Of a DNA stretch of 64,000 nt, positions 48,038 through 57,231 are shown in pieces. Each line of letters opens with the position of its first letter. The stretch's first letter is position 1. The stretch lies in assembly GCA_013343275.1 (NCBI GenBank), contig CP046106.1, positions 192,001 to 256,000 of the forward strand, in the 5' to 3' direction. This stretch comes from Candidatus Nanohaloarchaea archaeon. Its GTDB lineage: Archaea > Nanohalarchaeota > Nanosalinia > Nanosalinales > Nanosalinaceae. The notes beneath the pieces were generated by a model. It saw only the letters and a program-made list of their open reading frames with translations, made no database searches and had not been told where the DNA came from. The position numbers and the translations under genes are program-made.

Positions 48038-48097
48038 CAAACACAACTCAAAACCTTTCAACAGAAAAATTCTCAGGCCGGTCGCTATGAAACGTAG
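48017..48097 (+). CDS. uORF3, connector peptide MRSEERIQTQLKTFQQKNSQAGRYET
   Basis: Coupled to uORF2 by TAATG; overlaps the ProRS ATG out of frame. Confidence 0.45.
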   Translation: MRSEERIQTQLKTFQQKNSQAGRYET

Positions 48098-49313
48098 CGA
48101 ACTATTTGCCACAACCTCCAAGGAATCGGAGGCTGAGTTCGACTGCCGCAGTGCAGAACTTGCCGTAAAGGCCGGGCTGGTCCACAACTATGGTTCCGGA
48201 ACTTTCGGATTCACACACCTGGGCCGGAAAGTACTGGACAATATAGAAGAAGTAATCAGGGATGAGATGGACGAGATAGGCCAGGAAGTGACGATGAACA
48301 TCCTGCAGAACTCGGAGATGTGGGAGAAGTCCGGGAGGTGGAAGAACTTTGAGGGAGACGAGTTCTTCACACTGAAGAACCGTGACAACAGAGATTTCAC
48401 GATCGCGGCGACGCATGAAGAAGCCTCTGTCGAACTTGTCCGGAAGAAGATTCGATCCTACAGAGACCTGGACTTCATCATCTACCAGATAGGTCGAAAG
48501 TTCAGAGACGACAGAGCCAGGAAAGGCCTTCTGCGTGGGAAAGAGTTCTTCATGAAGGATGCCTACAGCTTCCACGCCGACAGAGAGCAACTTCAGGAAA
48601 CCTACCATGAAATGATTGAGGCCTACACCACGATCTTCGAGAAACTAGGCCTTGAATTTTCCAGAGTCTCCGCTGAAAACGGTTCAATGGGAGGCAGTCA
48701 GAGCCATGAGTTCATGGCTGAATCAGAGATCGGTAGCGACACATACCTCAAATGCGTGGATTCGGAGTGCAGATACGGCGCCAAAGATCTGGGTGAAGAG
48801 AAATGCCGTGAATGTGGCTCTGAACTTCAGGATGTCAGCGGCATCGAGATAGGCCATCTGTTCAAGCTTGGCAAAAGATACAGCTCCAAAATGGATCTGA
48901 CATTTACCGATGAAGATGGAGAGGAGAAAGATGTCATCATGGCCTCCTACGGAATCGGTGTATCAAGGCTGATCGCAGCAATAATCGAGCAGAACAACGA
49001 TGAAAACGGCATCACCTGGAACAGTAAGGTGTCTGCCTTTGACTGCTCGATCATCATTGCAAGACATGAAGATGCGGCAGTTGAAAAGGCGGAAGAGCTG
49101 CACGATAAACTTTCCGAAAGAGGCCTTGAAGTCCTGCTCTTCGATGAAGGATCTGTCGGTGAGAAGTTCGCTGAGTCCGATCTAATGGGGATCAAACGGA
49201 AGGTCATATTGGGGAATAACTACCTGGAGAACGATGTGATTGAGGTAGAGAAGAGGGATGGACGAACCTTCCAGGCCGACTTTGAGGAGATTAAGGAGGT
49301 GGTATCCTCCTGA
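48087..49313 (+). CDS. proS: Bacterial-type prolyl-tRNA synthetase paralog (no full INS editing domain), proline-free
   Basis: THEE, YQIGRKFRD, GLLRGKEFFMKDAYSFH, MGGSQSHEF, GIEIGHLFKLG, YGIGVSR, anticodon-binding domain. Confidence 0.88.
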   Translation: MKRSELFATTSKESEAEFDCRSAELAVKAGLVHNYGSGTFGFTHLGRKVLDNIEEVIRDEMDEIGQEVTMNILQNSEMWEKSGRWKNFEGDEFFTLKNRDNRDFTIAATHEEASVELVRKKIRSYRDLDFIIYQIGRKFRDDRARKGLLRGKEFFMKDAYSFHADREQLQETYHEMIEAYTTIFEKLGLEFSRVSAENGSMGGSQSHEFMAESEIGSDTYLKCVDSECRYGAKDLGEEKCRECGSELQDVSGIEIGHLFKLGKRYSSKMDLTFTDEDGEEKDVIMASYGIGVSRLIAAIIEQNNDENGITWNSKVSAFDCSIIIARHEDAAVEKAEELHDKLSERGLEVLLFDEGSVGEKFAESDLMGIKRKVILGNNYLENDVIEVEKRDGRTFQADFEEIKEVVSS

Positions 49314-49316
49314 AAT

Positions 49317-50051
49317 TTATTCAATTTCTATATGCCTGGTATGGTTACATTCCTCGCATTGGACCTCTATTTTACCGTACCTAGTTTTAGATCCGATCGT
49401 GGTCAGACCTGAGTATTTGAACTTGCTGTTGTGCCTGTCGTTTTTGAAGTACCACTCGTTTCCACAGGCCGGGCAGTTCATCTCGACTTCTGTCGCCCTT
49501 CTCTCCGTTCTTTCCTTGTGCCTTTTCTTTTCCTCTTTTTTCTTCTCCTTTCTTTTCTTTTCCTTGAACTCTTCGGTTTTGTTTATGGATTCGCCTTTAC
49601 TGAAGCTGGAGGGATACTTTTTCTGGGCTTTTTTACTGTGTTTTCTCCCGTTTCCATAGACTAGGAAACCTAAGAGTCCACTTGCTCCTGCTATAGGTAT
49701 CCAGAGTATCCACATCAGGATAGGGTGAAGGCCGCTTAACGCGAATCCTGAAAGTACAGGTCCTCCGATACCGATTCCGGCTGCCTGTTTCTTTCTTTTC
49801 TCGCCGTGTTCTCTTTTCTCCTTTCCAGGATCCGAACCGCATTCAGGACATTCATTCAGGTCTGCATCAATAATTTCGCCACATTCCTCACATGCTGCTT
49901 TCCTTACTGTCCCGCATGAACTGCATTTTCTATCTCCATCATCGAACCGTTCGCTGCATTCCGGGCAGAAAAGCCGTTTCTGACCGCAGAAAGAACAGAA
50001 CCATTCATCGTCTCCTATCTCTTCATCGCAGTTACTTGATCCATAACACAT
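49317..50051 (-). CDS. Multi-zinc-ribbon membrane protein
   Basis: Repeated CxxC motifs, two TM helices, Lys-rich coil, C-terminal CPAC/CEEC. Confidence 0.7.
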   Translation of the reverse strand: MCYGSSNCDEEIGDDEWFCSFCGQKRLFCPECSERFDDGDRKCSSCGTVRKAACEECGEIIDADLNECPECGSDPGKEKREHGEKRKKQAAGIGIGGPVLSGFALSGLHPILMWILWIPIAGASGLLGFLVYGNGRKHSKKAQKKYPSSFSKGESINKTEEFKEKKRKEKKKEEKKRHKERTERRATEVEMNCPACGNEWYFKNDRHNSKFKYSGLTTIGSKTRYGKIEVQCEECNHTRHIEIE

Positions 50052-50169
50052 ATTCAGGTTAATTTTTCCTCAGCCTTATGTAGTTTTTTCAATCTAGCTG
50101 GATTTTTCAGGGAAAAAGTAACTTCCAGGCAGGCAAGAAAATTAAGAATTACTCCTCAGAACTTATTGT

Positions 50170-51648
50170 ATGAGCCAGGAACTCGGTATCACGGTAAAGA
50201 AAGATCAGAACCCTTCAGAATGGTATACGCAGGTAGTCCAGAAAGCAGAGCTAGCGGATTACGCACCTGTCAAGGGCTGCATGATAATCAAGCCGTACGG
50301 CAACAAGCTATGGGAATCAATCAAGGAAGACTTCAACTCCAAGATCACAGATACCGGGGTAGAAAACGCATACTTCCCACTATTCATACCGGAGAGCTAC
50401 CTGGAAAAAGAAGAAGATATTGTAGAAGGGTTTGATCCTGAAGTCGCATGGGTAACACATGGAGGCGACAAAGAACTGGAGGAAAGACTTGCAGTAAGGC
50501 CTACATCTGAAAGCATAATCGCACCATACATGGCTGACGAAGTAAGAAGCCACAGAGACCTGCCTCTAAGACTCAATCAGTGGGCCAACGTTGTACGCTG
50601 GGAAGCCACAGACACAAGGCCTTTCCTGAGGACCAGAGAGTTCCTCTGGCAGGAAGGACACACAGCACATGCAACAGAGGAAAGTGCTGACGAAGAGACT
50701 ATGTTGAGGCTGGAGCAGTATCAGGAAGTAATCGAAGATCACCTTGCCATTCCTTCGATCCTGGGTTACAAGCCGGAGCATGATAAGTTCCCGGGCGCCA
50801 AATACACTACAACAATCGAAACCTTGATGCCGGATGGAAAAAGTATTCAGTCGGGAACATCTCACCAGCTGGGCCAGCACTTTGCCGAGGCCTTCGAGAT
50901 AGAGTTCGAGGATGAGGACTCGGATACTCAGACTGCGTGGACGACGTCCTGGGGCCTCTCAACAAGGACGATCGGTGCTTTGATCATGGCACACGGTGAC
51001 GATGATGGCCTTAGATTGCCTCCTCGTGTTGCACCGACACAAGTGGTCGTCGTACCTATCTATCAGGAGGACAATCAGGAAGAAGTAGTTGAATACGCAG
51101 AAAAAGTGACGGAAGAGCTCGAAGCTGAAGGCCTGAGAGTAGACCTCGATGACAGAGATCACAGAACTCCTGGCTACAAGTTCAACGAATGGGAGTTGAA
51201 AGGAGTACCTCTCAGAGTAGAGATAGGGCCTAACGAAGTAGAAGACGATGCAGTTACACCTGTTAGAAGAGACAGCGGCGAGAAAAACATGGGCCAGGAC
51301 AGAGAAGAGTTCGTGGAGGAAGCCGAAGAAGTACTGGAAAACATCCAGGAATCACTTTACAACGAGTTAGAAGAGTATCTGCATGAAAATATCAGAGAGG
51401 CCGACTCGAAGAACGAGATTCTGGCGACAATAGGCAAGAACCGTGGATACGTCAAGGCCCGATGGTGCGGAAAAGAGGAATGCGAGGCCGAAGTGAAGGA
51501 CGAAGTCTCTGCCGAGATCGTAGTGCTACCGTTCCGAGAGGACTCCAAGCCTGCTACTATCCAGGCCTCCGAAGAACACATCGACGGAGAATGCGCAGTC
51601 TGCGGTGAAGAAGCCGAGAGATGGGCCTACTTTGCGAAAAATTACTGA
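50170..51648 (+). CDS. proS: Archaeal/eukaryotic-type prolyl-tRNA synthetase
   Basis: RPTSE, QWANVVRWE, FLRTREFLWQEGHTAH, SWGLSTR, C-terminal AKNY. Confidence 0.95.
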   Translation: MSQELGITVKKDQNPSEWYTQVVQKAELADYAPVKGCMIIKPYGNKLWESIKEDFNSKITDTGVENAYFPLFIPESYLEKEEDIVEGFDPEVAWVTHGGDKELEERLAVRPTSESIIAPYMADEVRSHRDLPLRLNQWANVVRWEATDTRPFLRTREFLWQEGHTAHATEESADEETMLRLEQYQEVIEDHLAIPSILGYKPEHDKFPGAKYTTTIETLMPDGKSIQSGTSHQLGQHFAEAFEIEFEDEDSDTQTAWTTSWGLSTRTIGALIMAHGDDDGLRLPPRVAPTQVVVVPIYQEDNQEEVVEYAEKVTEELEAEGLRVDLDDRDHRTPGYKFNEWELKGVPLRVEIGPNEVEDDAVTPVRRDSGEKNMGQDREEFVEEAEEVLENIQESLYNELEEYLHENIREADSKNEILATIGKNRGYVKARWCGKEECEAEVKDEVSAEIVVLPFREDSKPATIQASEEHIDGECAVCGEEAERWAYFAKNY

Positions 51649-51715
51649 GGGAGTAATTTTTCTCTCTTTTCTCTTGCTTACGTTTTCTTAAGCTTCAGGC
51701 CCGACTAACTGCTTT

Positions 51716-52987
51716 ATGATCCTCAAAAACATTCGATACCTGGTAACTCAGAACGATGATCGGCAGATTATAGAGGATGTTGATCTGTTGATTCATGGTG
51801 ACAGGATTGCTGGTATAGGCCATCAGATACCTGCTGGGAACCACAGGATAATTGACTGCAGCAACAAGGTGGTGATGCCGGGCCTGATAAATGCTCATAC
51901 TCATGTTTCGATGACTCTTCTGCGTGGGATTTCTGATAACAAGGAGTTGCAGGACTGGCTTGAGGAAGATATATTTCCCGCCGAGGAGAAGCTGGAAGAG
52001 GAGGATGCCTACATAGGTGCTCTTCTGGGATGTATGGAGATGCTGACAACCGGTACAACTACATTCAACGATATGTATGATCATATGGATCAGGTCGCCG
52101 AGGCCGTAGATCAGACAGGTATCCGTGCTATGCTTGGAAGAGGCCTTCTGGATGTTGATGGTGAGAGAGACAGGAGAGTGGATGAAGCGATTGAACTGGT
52201 TGAGAGCTGCCGTGGCCATGGTAGGATCTCTACCTGTTTCGCCCCTCACGGAGTTTACACTGCTTCGGAACAGCTTCTACTAGAGGCCAAGGACTGTGCA
52301 GAGATCTTCAACACCTCATATCACATTCATGTCTCGGAAACCGAGAAAGAAGTAAATGACTCGATAGATGAAAACGAGAAACCGCCGCTGGAATACCTCA
52401 ACGAACTGGGACTTGTAAACAACGATTTGATAGCAGCACATGGAGTCTGGCTGACGGATAAGGAAAAGCAGATCATGGCAGAAAAAGGAGGAAATGTGAT
52501 CCACAACCCTGCAGCAAACCTGAAACTAGGTTCGGGGATCGCAGACATACCGGAAATAATGGAGAAGGAGATCAACGTAGCTCTCGGAACCGATGGCGTA
52601 GCATCCAACAACAACCTCAACCTGTTCGAAGAGGCAAAACTTGCATCAATACTTCACAAGAGGAACAACCCGGAAAAGATCAATGAACAGCAGATACTCG
52701 ATATGGCCACGATAAACGGTGCGAAAGCACTGGGGCTGGAAGATGAGATAGGATCTATAGAGCTCGGGAAGAAAGCCGACCTGATAACGATAGACCTTGA
52801 CTCGCCGGATATGACTCCTGTACACGGCAAGAAAGGCCTGATATCCAATATAGTGTACTCGTTCTCAGGGAAGGTTGACGATGTAGTAGTCGATGGCGAA
52901 CCCGTTGTTCAGGGTGGAGAGGTCGTTAAAGTAGGTAGAGAGAAAATTTTGAAGTACGCAGCAGATCTATCGGAAAAGTTCGAATAA
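51716..52987 (+). CDS. Amidohydrolase (MTA/SAH deaminase-like)
   Basis: PGLINAHTH, HIHVSET, AHGVW, LGTDG..SNN, GKKAD. Confidence 0.88.
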   Translation: MILKNIRYLVTQNDDRQIIEDVDLLIHGDRIAGIGHQIPAGNHRIIDCSNKVVMPGLINAHTHVSMTLLRGISDNKELQDWLEEDIFPAEEKLEEEDAYIGALLGCMEMLTTGTTTFNDMYDHMDQVAEAVDQTGIRAMLGRGLLDVDGERDRRVDEAIELVESCRGHGRISTCFAPHGVYTASEQLLLEAKDCAEIFNTSYHIHVSETEKEVNDSIDENEKPPLEYLNELGLVNNDLIAAHGVWLTDKEKQIMAEKGGNVIHNPAANLKLGSGIADIPEIMEKEINVALGTDGVASNNNLNLFEEAKLASILHKRNNPEKINEQQILDMATINGAKALGLEDEIGSIELGKKADLITIDLDSPDMTPVHGKKGLISNIVYSFSGKVDDVVVDGEPVVQGGEVVKVGREKILKYAADLSEKFE

Positions 52988-53038
52988 GAAGTAGAGAGTA
53001 AAAAGATTTTTACAAGCCAGGTCAGCTTTACAGATGAC

Positions 53039-53275
53039 ATGGACGAAGTACTGGATATCCTGACAGAGTTTGCGCCTATCGAAACCCTGATATCCATAAT
53101 CGCCGGCCTGATGATGGTAGCAGGCCTTATCGTAACGGTTGGAGGCTACTTCCTCAACCTTAACCTCTTCGACGAACTAGGGATTGCGGTAGGAGTAGTA
53201 CTGATAATCGCTGGAGTACTGCTATACGTCTTCAGCTCTGTAGCAGGAGAGGCCCTGGAGCTAGTCCTCGGCTAG
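53039..53275 (+). CDS. Small membrane protein
   Basis: Two TM helices. Confidence 0.6.
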   Translation: MDEVLDILTEFAPIETLISIIAGLMMVAGLIVTVGGYFLNLNLFDELGIAVGVVLIIAGVLLYVFSSVAGEALELVLG

Positions 53276-53306
53276 AAAAGAAGAAAAAAGGCCTTCTTTT
53301 CTTTTT

Positions 53307-54415
53307 CTATACTTTTGCGTCTTTCAACTCTGGTTTCTCATCGATGCTCGGGATAGTTTTCTTCTGCTTGATCCTGCGGAACTTATCATGATCTTTAGGT
53401 TCTAGCAGGGTAATAGCTTCTCCTTCACGACCCTGGCGTCCTGCACGGCCGATCTGTGAGTGTAGGTGTCTGCTGTATCCGGTACGTCATAGTTGAAAAC
53501 ATGTGTTACCCGGTCTACATCGATTCCACGTGCTGCGACATCAGTCGCGACTACGACTTTGATCTCGCCGTTTGCGAACTTCTCCAGAGTGTCTTCTCTC
53601 TGGTTCTGGTTCATATCGCCGTTAAGCTCCTGTGCATCGATACCGTTTTTCCTCAGCTTGTCTGCAAGCCAGCGGGTAGTAGCCTTTGTCTGGCAGAAAA
53701 CAACGGATAGATCTCTATCCTTCTTCTCTAGGAAGGTGTACAGAAGCGAGAGCTTCTTGTCGGACTTTGCGTTAACGTATTTCTCATCGAGATTTCGTGT
53801 CTGCTTGCTTTTCTTGATCCTTATAGTCTCCGGATCAATATCGTATCGGTCGCACATCTTCTTCAGTGAACGTGGAATCGTGGCGCCGAAAAGAAGGTTC
53901 TGACGTTCATCTGGAAGATAGCTGATAATATCCTCCAGTTCGTCCTGGAAACCCATGTCAAGCATGCGGTCTGCCTCATCCAGAACAAAGAAATCCAGAT
54001 TATCGACTTTAAGCTGGCCTTTGCCCAGTAGATCGAGAACTCTTCCCGGTGTACCGACCACTATATTGGCCTTTTTCGCTCCCTCGATCTGAGGCTCGTA
54101 ACTTACTCCACCGTAGATAGTAACTGTTTCGACAGGCTTGCCGGCAGCTGTATCAATCTCTTTCGTAATTTGCTTCGCCAGTTCCCTTGTAGGCGATAGA
54201 ATCAAGGCCTGTGTATCGCTTCCGTGGACCTGCTCCATTATAGGTAGGGAGAATGCCAGTGTCTTACCGGATCCTGTCTCGGACTCGACCATGAGGTCTT
54301 TGCCCTCGAAAACTTTAGGTATAGCTTTTTCCTGTACTTCTGTAGGTTCTGTAATACCGTGTTTCTCCAGTTTCTCAACTGTCCTGTCTGAAATATTAAG
54401 CTCTGAAAAATTCAT
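53307..54415 (-). pseudogene. DEAD-box RNA helicase with a 1-nt frameshift in motif VI
   Basis: GSGKT, PTRELA, DEAD, ARGID; CAC AGA TCG GCC lacks one base of HRIGRAGR; the shifted frame continues to TAG at 53307-53309. Confidence 0.8.
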
Positions 54416-54475
54416 CTTACTAAATCAAATCCTCGTATTATACCAAAGTATTGGCCCTCTGTCTTTTTAGGTATA

Positions 54476-55420
54476 TTACTTTTCCAGGAACACAGGTTTT
54501 CCTCTGTCCAGCATCTTTTCTTCTCCAAGCCAGACGGTAGGGCTCTCGCAGACAGCATCCCAGTGTACACTGCAAGGGTTGTATCTTTCGTGATCTTCCG
54601 GGAAGTAGTGGGTATTGTCGCCGAACGCTATGTGGACTGTTCCAAGCACTTTCTCGTCCTGCAGAGTTTTACCTATCAATGTGGCCTCAGGATTTGTCCC
54701 GAAACCGAACTCAGCTATATTCCTCACGCATTCATCTTCCATTGCATCCTTCAGCTTGGATTCTCCCTTCACCTCTACAACCTGCGAGTTCTCTATTACT
54801 ACTTCAGTTCCTGAATCCGCATGAGGGAAGTGATCTATAACCAGAGTACCATTCATCTCTATCACTCCTCCATGAACCTCTCCAGCCGGAAGATTACCGA
54901 AGTCTCCCGGCTCATGTATTATCCCGGTATCTGTAAAGAAGGAGTCCATACGAACCTTGAACTCAAGATCTGTGCCTGAAGGAGTCTCAATTCTTATTTT
55001 CTGGCCTTCTTCAAGAAATGAGAAAGCTTTCTGTGAAATTTCCTCTATCCTGCTGTAGTCGGCCTGCAAGGAGCCTGTCCAGATCTCCTTGTTAACTCCA
55101 GGAAGCGTAGCTCCTCTTGCACCTGCTTTATTGGCATCTACACGGGCCTGTGTATGGCTTATAGACTTGACTGTAGGAGCAATAAACACATCTGAGCTCT
55201 TCATAGCCTCTGCAACATCCTCCGGTGGCTCGGTTCCAGAGGTATCAGGCTCAGGGTATTCTCTGTACTCCAGACTTCCAGCTTTCCTTTCCGTAACTGA
55301 ACGTAAGGCCTCTATGATGTCTGGGTCGTTCCCATCATCAACTATCACAACAGACTCATCGCTACCGATATCCAGACACTGGTTCACAATTCTTTCAGCA
55401 CCTTTCTCCAGATCCATCAT
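54476..55420 (-). CDS. M29-family aminopeptidase
   Basis: GNLPAGEV, NIAEFGFGTN, DEKVLGTVHIAFG, HWD. Confidence 0.85.
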   Translation of the reverse strand: MMDLEKGAERIVNQCLDIGSDESVVIVDDGNDPDIIEALRSVTERKAGSLEYREYPEPDTSGTEPPEDVAEAMKSSDVFIAPTVKSISHTQARVDANKAGARGATLPGVNKEIWTGSLQADYSRIEEISQKAFSFLEEGQKIRIETPSGTDLEFKVRMDSFFTDTGIIHEPGDFGNLPAGEVHGGVIEMNGTLVIDHFPHADSGTEVVIENSQVVEVKGESKLKDAMEDECVRNIAEFGFGTNPEATLIGKTLQDEKVLGTVHIAFGDNTHYFPEDHERYNPCSVHWDAVCESPTVWLGEEKMLDRGKPVFLEK

Positions 55421-56508
55421 CTATCCACCTCGAAATCCGATACAAAGTCCATCATGATGCTGTAGTAATCACCGAGACTGTCGATCACTGCGTACTCGTT
55501 CGGAGCGTGAGCATTGTAGCCCTCAGGTCCGAAGACGACGGCAGGGATACCGTGCTCTGTCAGAAACCTCATATCACTGCCTGGCTCCTTACGGGAGATC
55601 TTGCATTCCTCCTCAAATTTTTCAGCTGAACTCTTCAAGGTCTGAACATGTCTATTGTCGTGATCGGTCGAGAGCATCGACTCATTTAGCGACGCCTCAA
55701 CTTCAAGCCCTTCTATACTCCGGATATCCTCCAGTACTTCCTCGTTAGGGTACTCTCTGGCAGTCCTGATATCCAGCCAGGCCTCTGTTATTTCCGGCAC
55801 TTTGTTGGTTGATTCCCCGCTTTCCAACTTTCCAAGGTTTACTGTTGTAACCCATTTTTCGCCATCCTTGTGGTCAGCAAATAGATCTCTGATATCGGGC
55901 CATTTATCCATGAACTTTTTCGCTGCGTTCTCACCGTTCCACGGCCTCGATCCATGCGCCGAGAGGCCTTTTGCAGTTACTTTCAGCCATAGAATTCCTT
56001 TCTGATCTGTAATTATGTCCATATAGCCTTCCTGGTTATTCGGTTCCGCTGATACCGCGAACTCTGGAGAGTAATGTTCTTCGAAGAGGTAGCCAGCGCC
56101 GTTGAACCCGCCTTTTTCCTCGTCTGAGACTATCATCAGGCCTACGCTTGGTTGCTTATCTTTCAGATCCTTCATTACCTGCATGAGTGCGGCGACTCCT
56201 GCCTTCATGTCGCCTGTTCCTCTACCATAAAGCTTTCCATCTTCTCTTTCTGGCTGGAACATTTCATCTGGTGCCTCTATTACGTCGATATGGCCGTGCA
56301 GCATCAGATCAGGATTGTCATCGCCGAAAGTGATAACCATGGAAGGGATGCCCTCATTTTCATGTCTGTTGACCTCGAACTCTGGTTCGGAGAAGTAGTC
56401 CTCGATAAAGTCCAGGCACCTGTTTATCTCCTTCAGGTCGTCGTTTGTGGATTTGAACTTCACAAGTTCCTCGGTAAGTTCCAGTATCTGGTCCTGTTTA
56501 TCGGCCAT
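55417..56508 (-). CDS. M20 metallopeptidase (ArgE/DapE family)
   Basis: HGHIDV, GRGTGDMK, DEE, AHGS.PW.G.NA, AH..NE. Confidence 0.9.
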   Translation of the reverse strand: MADKQDQILELTEELVKFKSTNDDLKEINRCLDFIEDYFSEPEFEVNRHENEGIPSMVITFGDDNPDLMLHGHIDVIEAPDEMFQPEREDGKLYGRGTGDMKAGVAALMQVMKDLKDKQPSVGLMIVSDEEKGGFNGAGYLFEEHYSPEFAVSAEPNNQEGYMDIITDQKGILWLKVTAKGLSAHGSRPWNGENAAKKFMDKWPDIRDLFADHKDGEKWVTTVNLGKLESGESTNKVPEITEAWLDIRTAREYPNEEVLEDIRSIEGLEVEASLNESMLSTDHDNRHVQTLKSSAEKFEEECKISRKEPGSDMRFLTEHGIPAVVFGPEGYNAHAPNEYAVIDSLGDYYSIMMDFVSDFEVDR

Positions 56509-56560
56509 ACCCAGTTATTACCGGAGAATTGTCTTAAATTTTCAGGAACAAACATGTAGT

Positions 56561-56821
56561 ATGGAATTTGACTGGTTTGACCAAGCAGTTGACTATGCGG
56601 AAGAAGAGTACGGAGAGCTCGAGGGCCGTGAGTTCGAGGCATCTGTCAGAAAATCTCTTTCAGCACTAGGTTTCGACACAACCTTTGTCCAGGATGTAGA
56701 ACTTGATGAAGGTGTTGTCAACAGTTACCGGGTTGAAACCGATGAAGGAGATTACAGGATCGCAGTTCACAGAGATCAGTCTGAAATAGAGATCTATGAT
56801 AGGCCTGACCATCTGGCGTAA
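56561..56821 (+). CDS. Hypothetical acidic protein
   Basis: Start MEFDWF avoids overlap with the divergent gene. Confidence 0.5.
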   Translation: MEFDWFDQAVDYAEEEYGELEGREFEASVRKSLSALGFDTTFVQDVELDEGVVNSYRVETDEGDYRIAVHRDQSEIEIYDRPDHLA

Positions 56822-56853
56822 AAGATAAATTTCTCATTCCTTCATTATTCTGC

Positions 56854-57231
56854 ATGAGCTCTCAAAAAGAAGCCGGAAATACTTTTGAAAGAGTTATAGA
56901 TGCCGCACCAGACACGCTCTACGGCGATTACTCTGATGTAAGTGATCTTGAGGACAGGTACGTGATTTTCGAATATAAGGATATTGATGAAGGCATCAAT
57001 GTAATTTCCTCCGAGGAGATTGGAATGATTCTCGAGGCCGGAGCTGCGAATGACCAAGAATTTCCTCTTTTCAGAGGTATCGAGGCCAGCGAAGGATATG
57101 TCAGAAATGCCCTGGAGAATGGAGAGGGACTGATGGCTGCAAGAATAAGAGAAGGAGAAATTGATGATGCAGGTTACATGATTGAAGAAGGAGAGCTGAA
57201 AGGCCTCATGACCTTCGAATCAACTAACTGA
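56854..57231 (+). CDS. Hypothetical acidic protein
   Basis: 125 aa with host-like composition. Confidence 0.55.
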   Translation: MSSQKEAGNTFERVIDAAPDTLYGDYSDVSDLEDRYVIFEYKDIDEGINVISSEEIGMILEAGAANDQEFPLFRGIEASEGYVRNALENGEGLMAARIREGEIDDAGYMIEEGELKGLMTFESTN

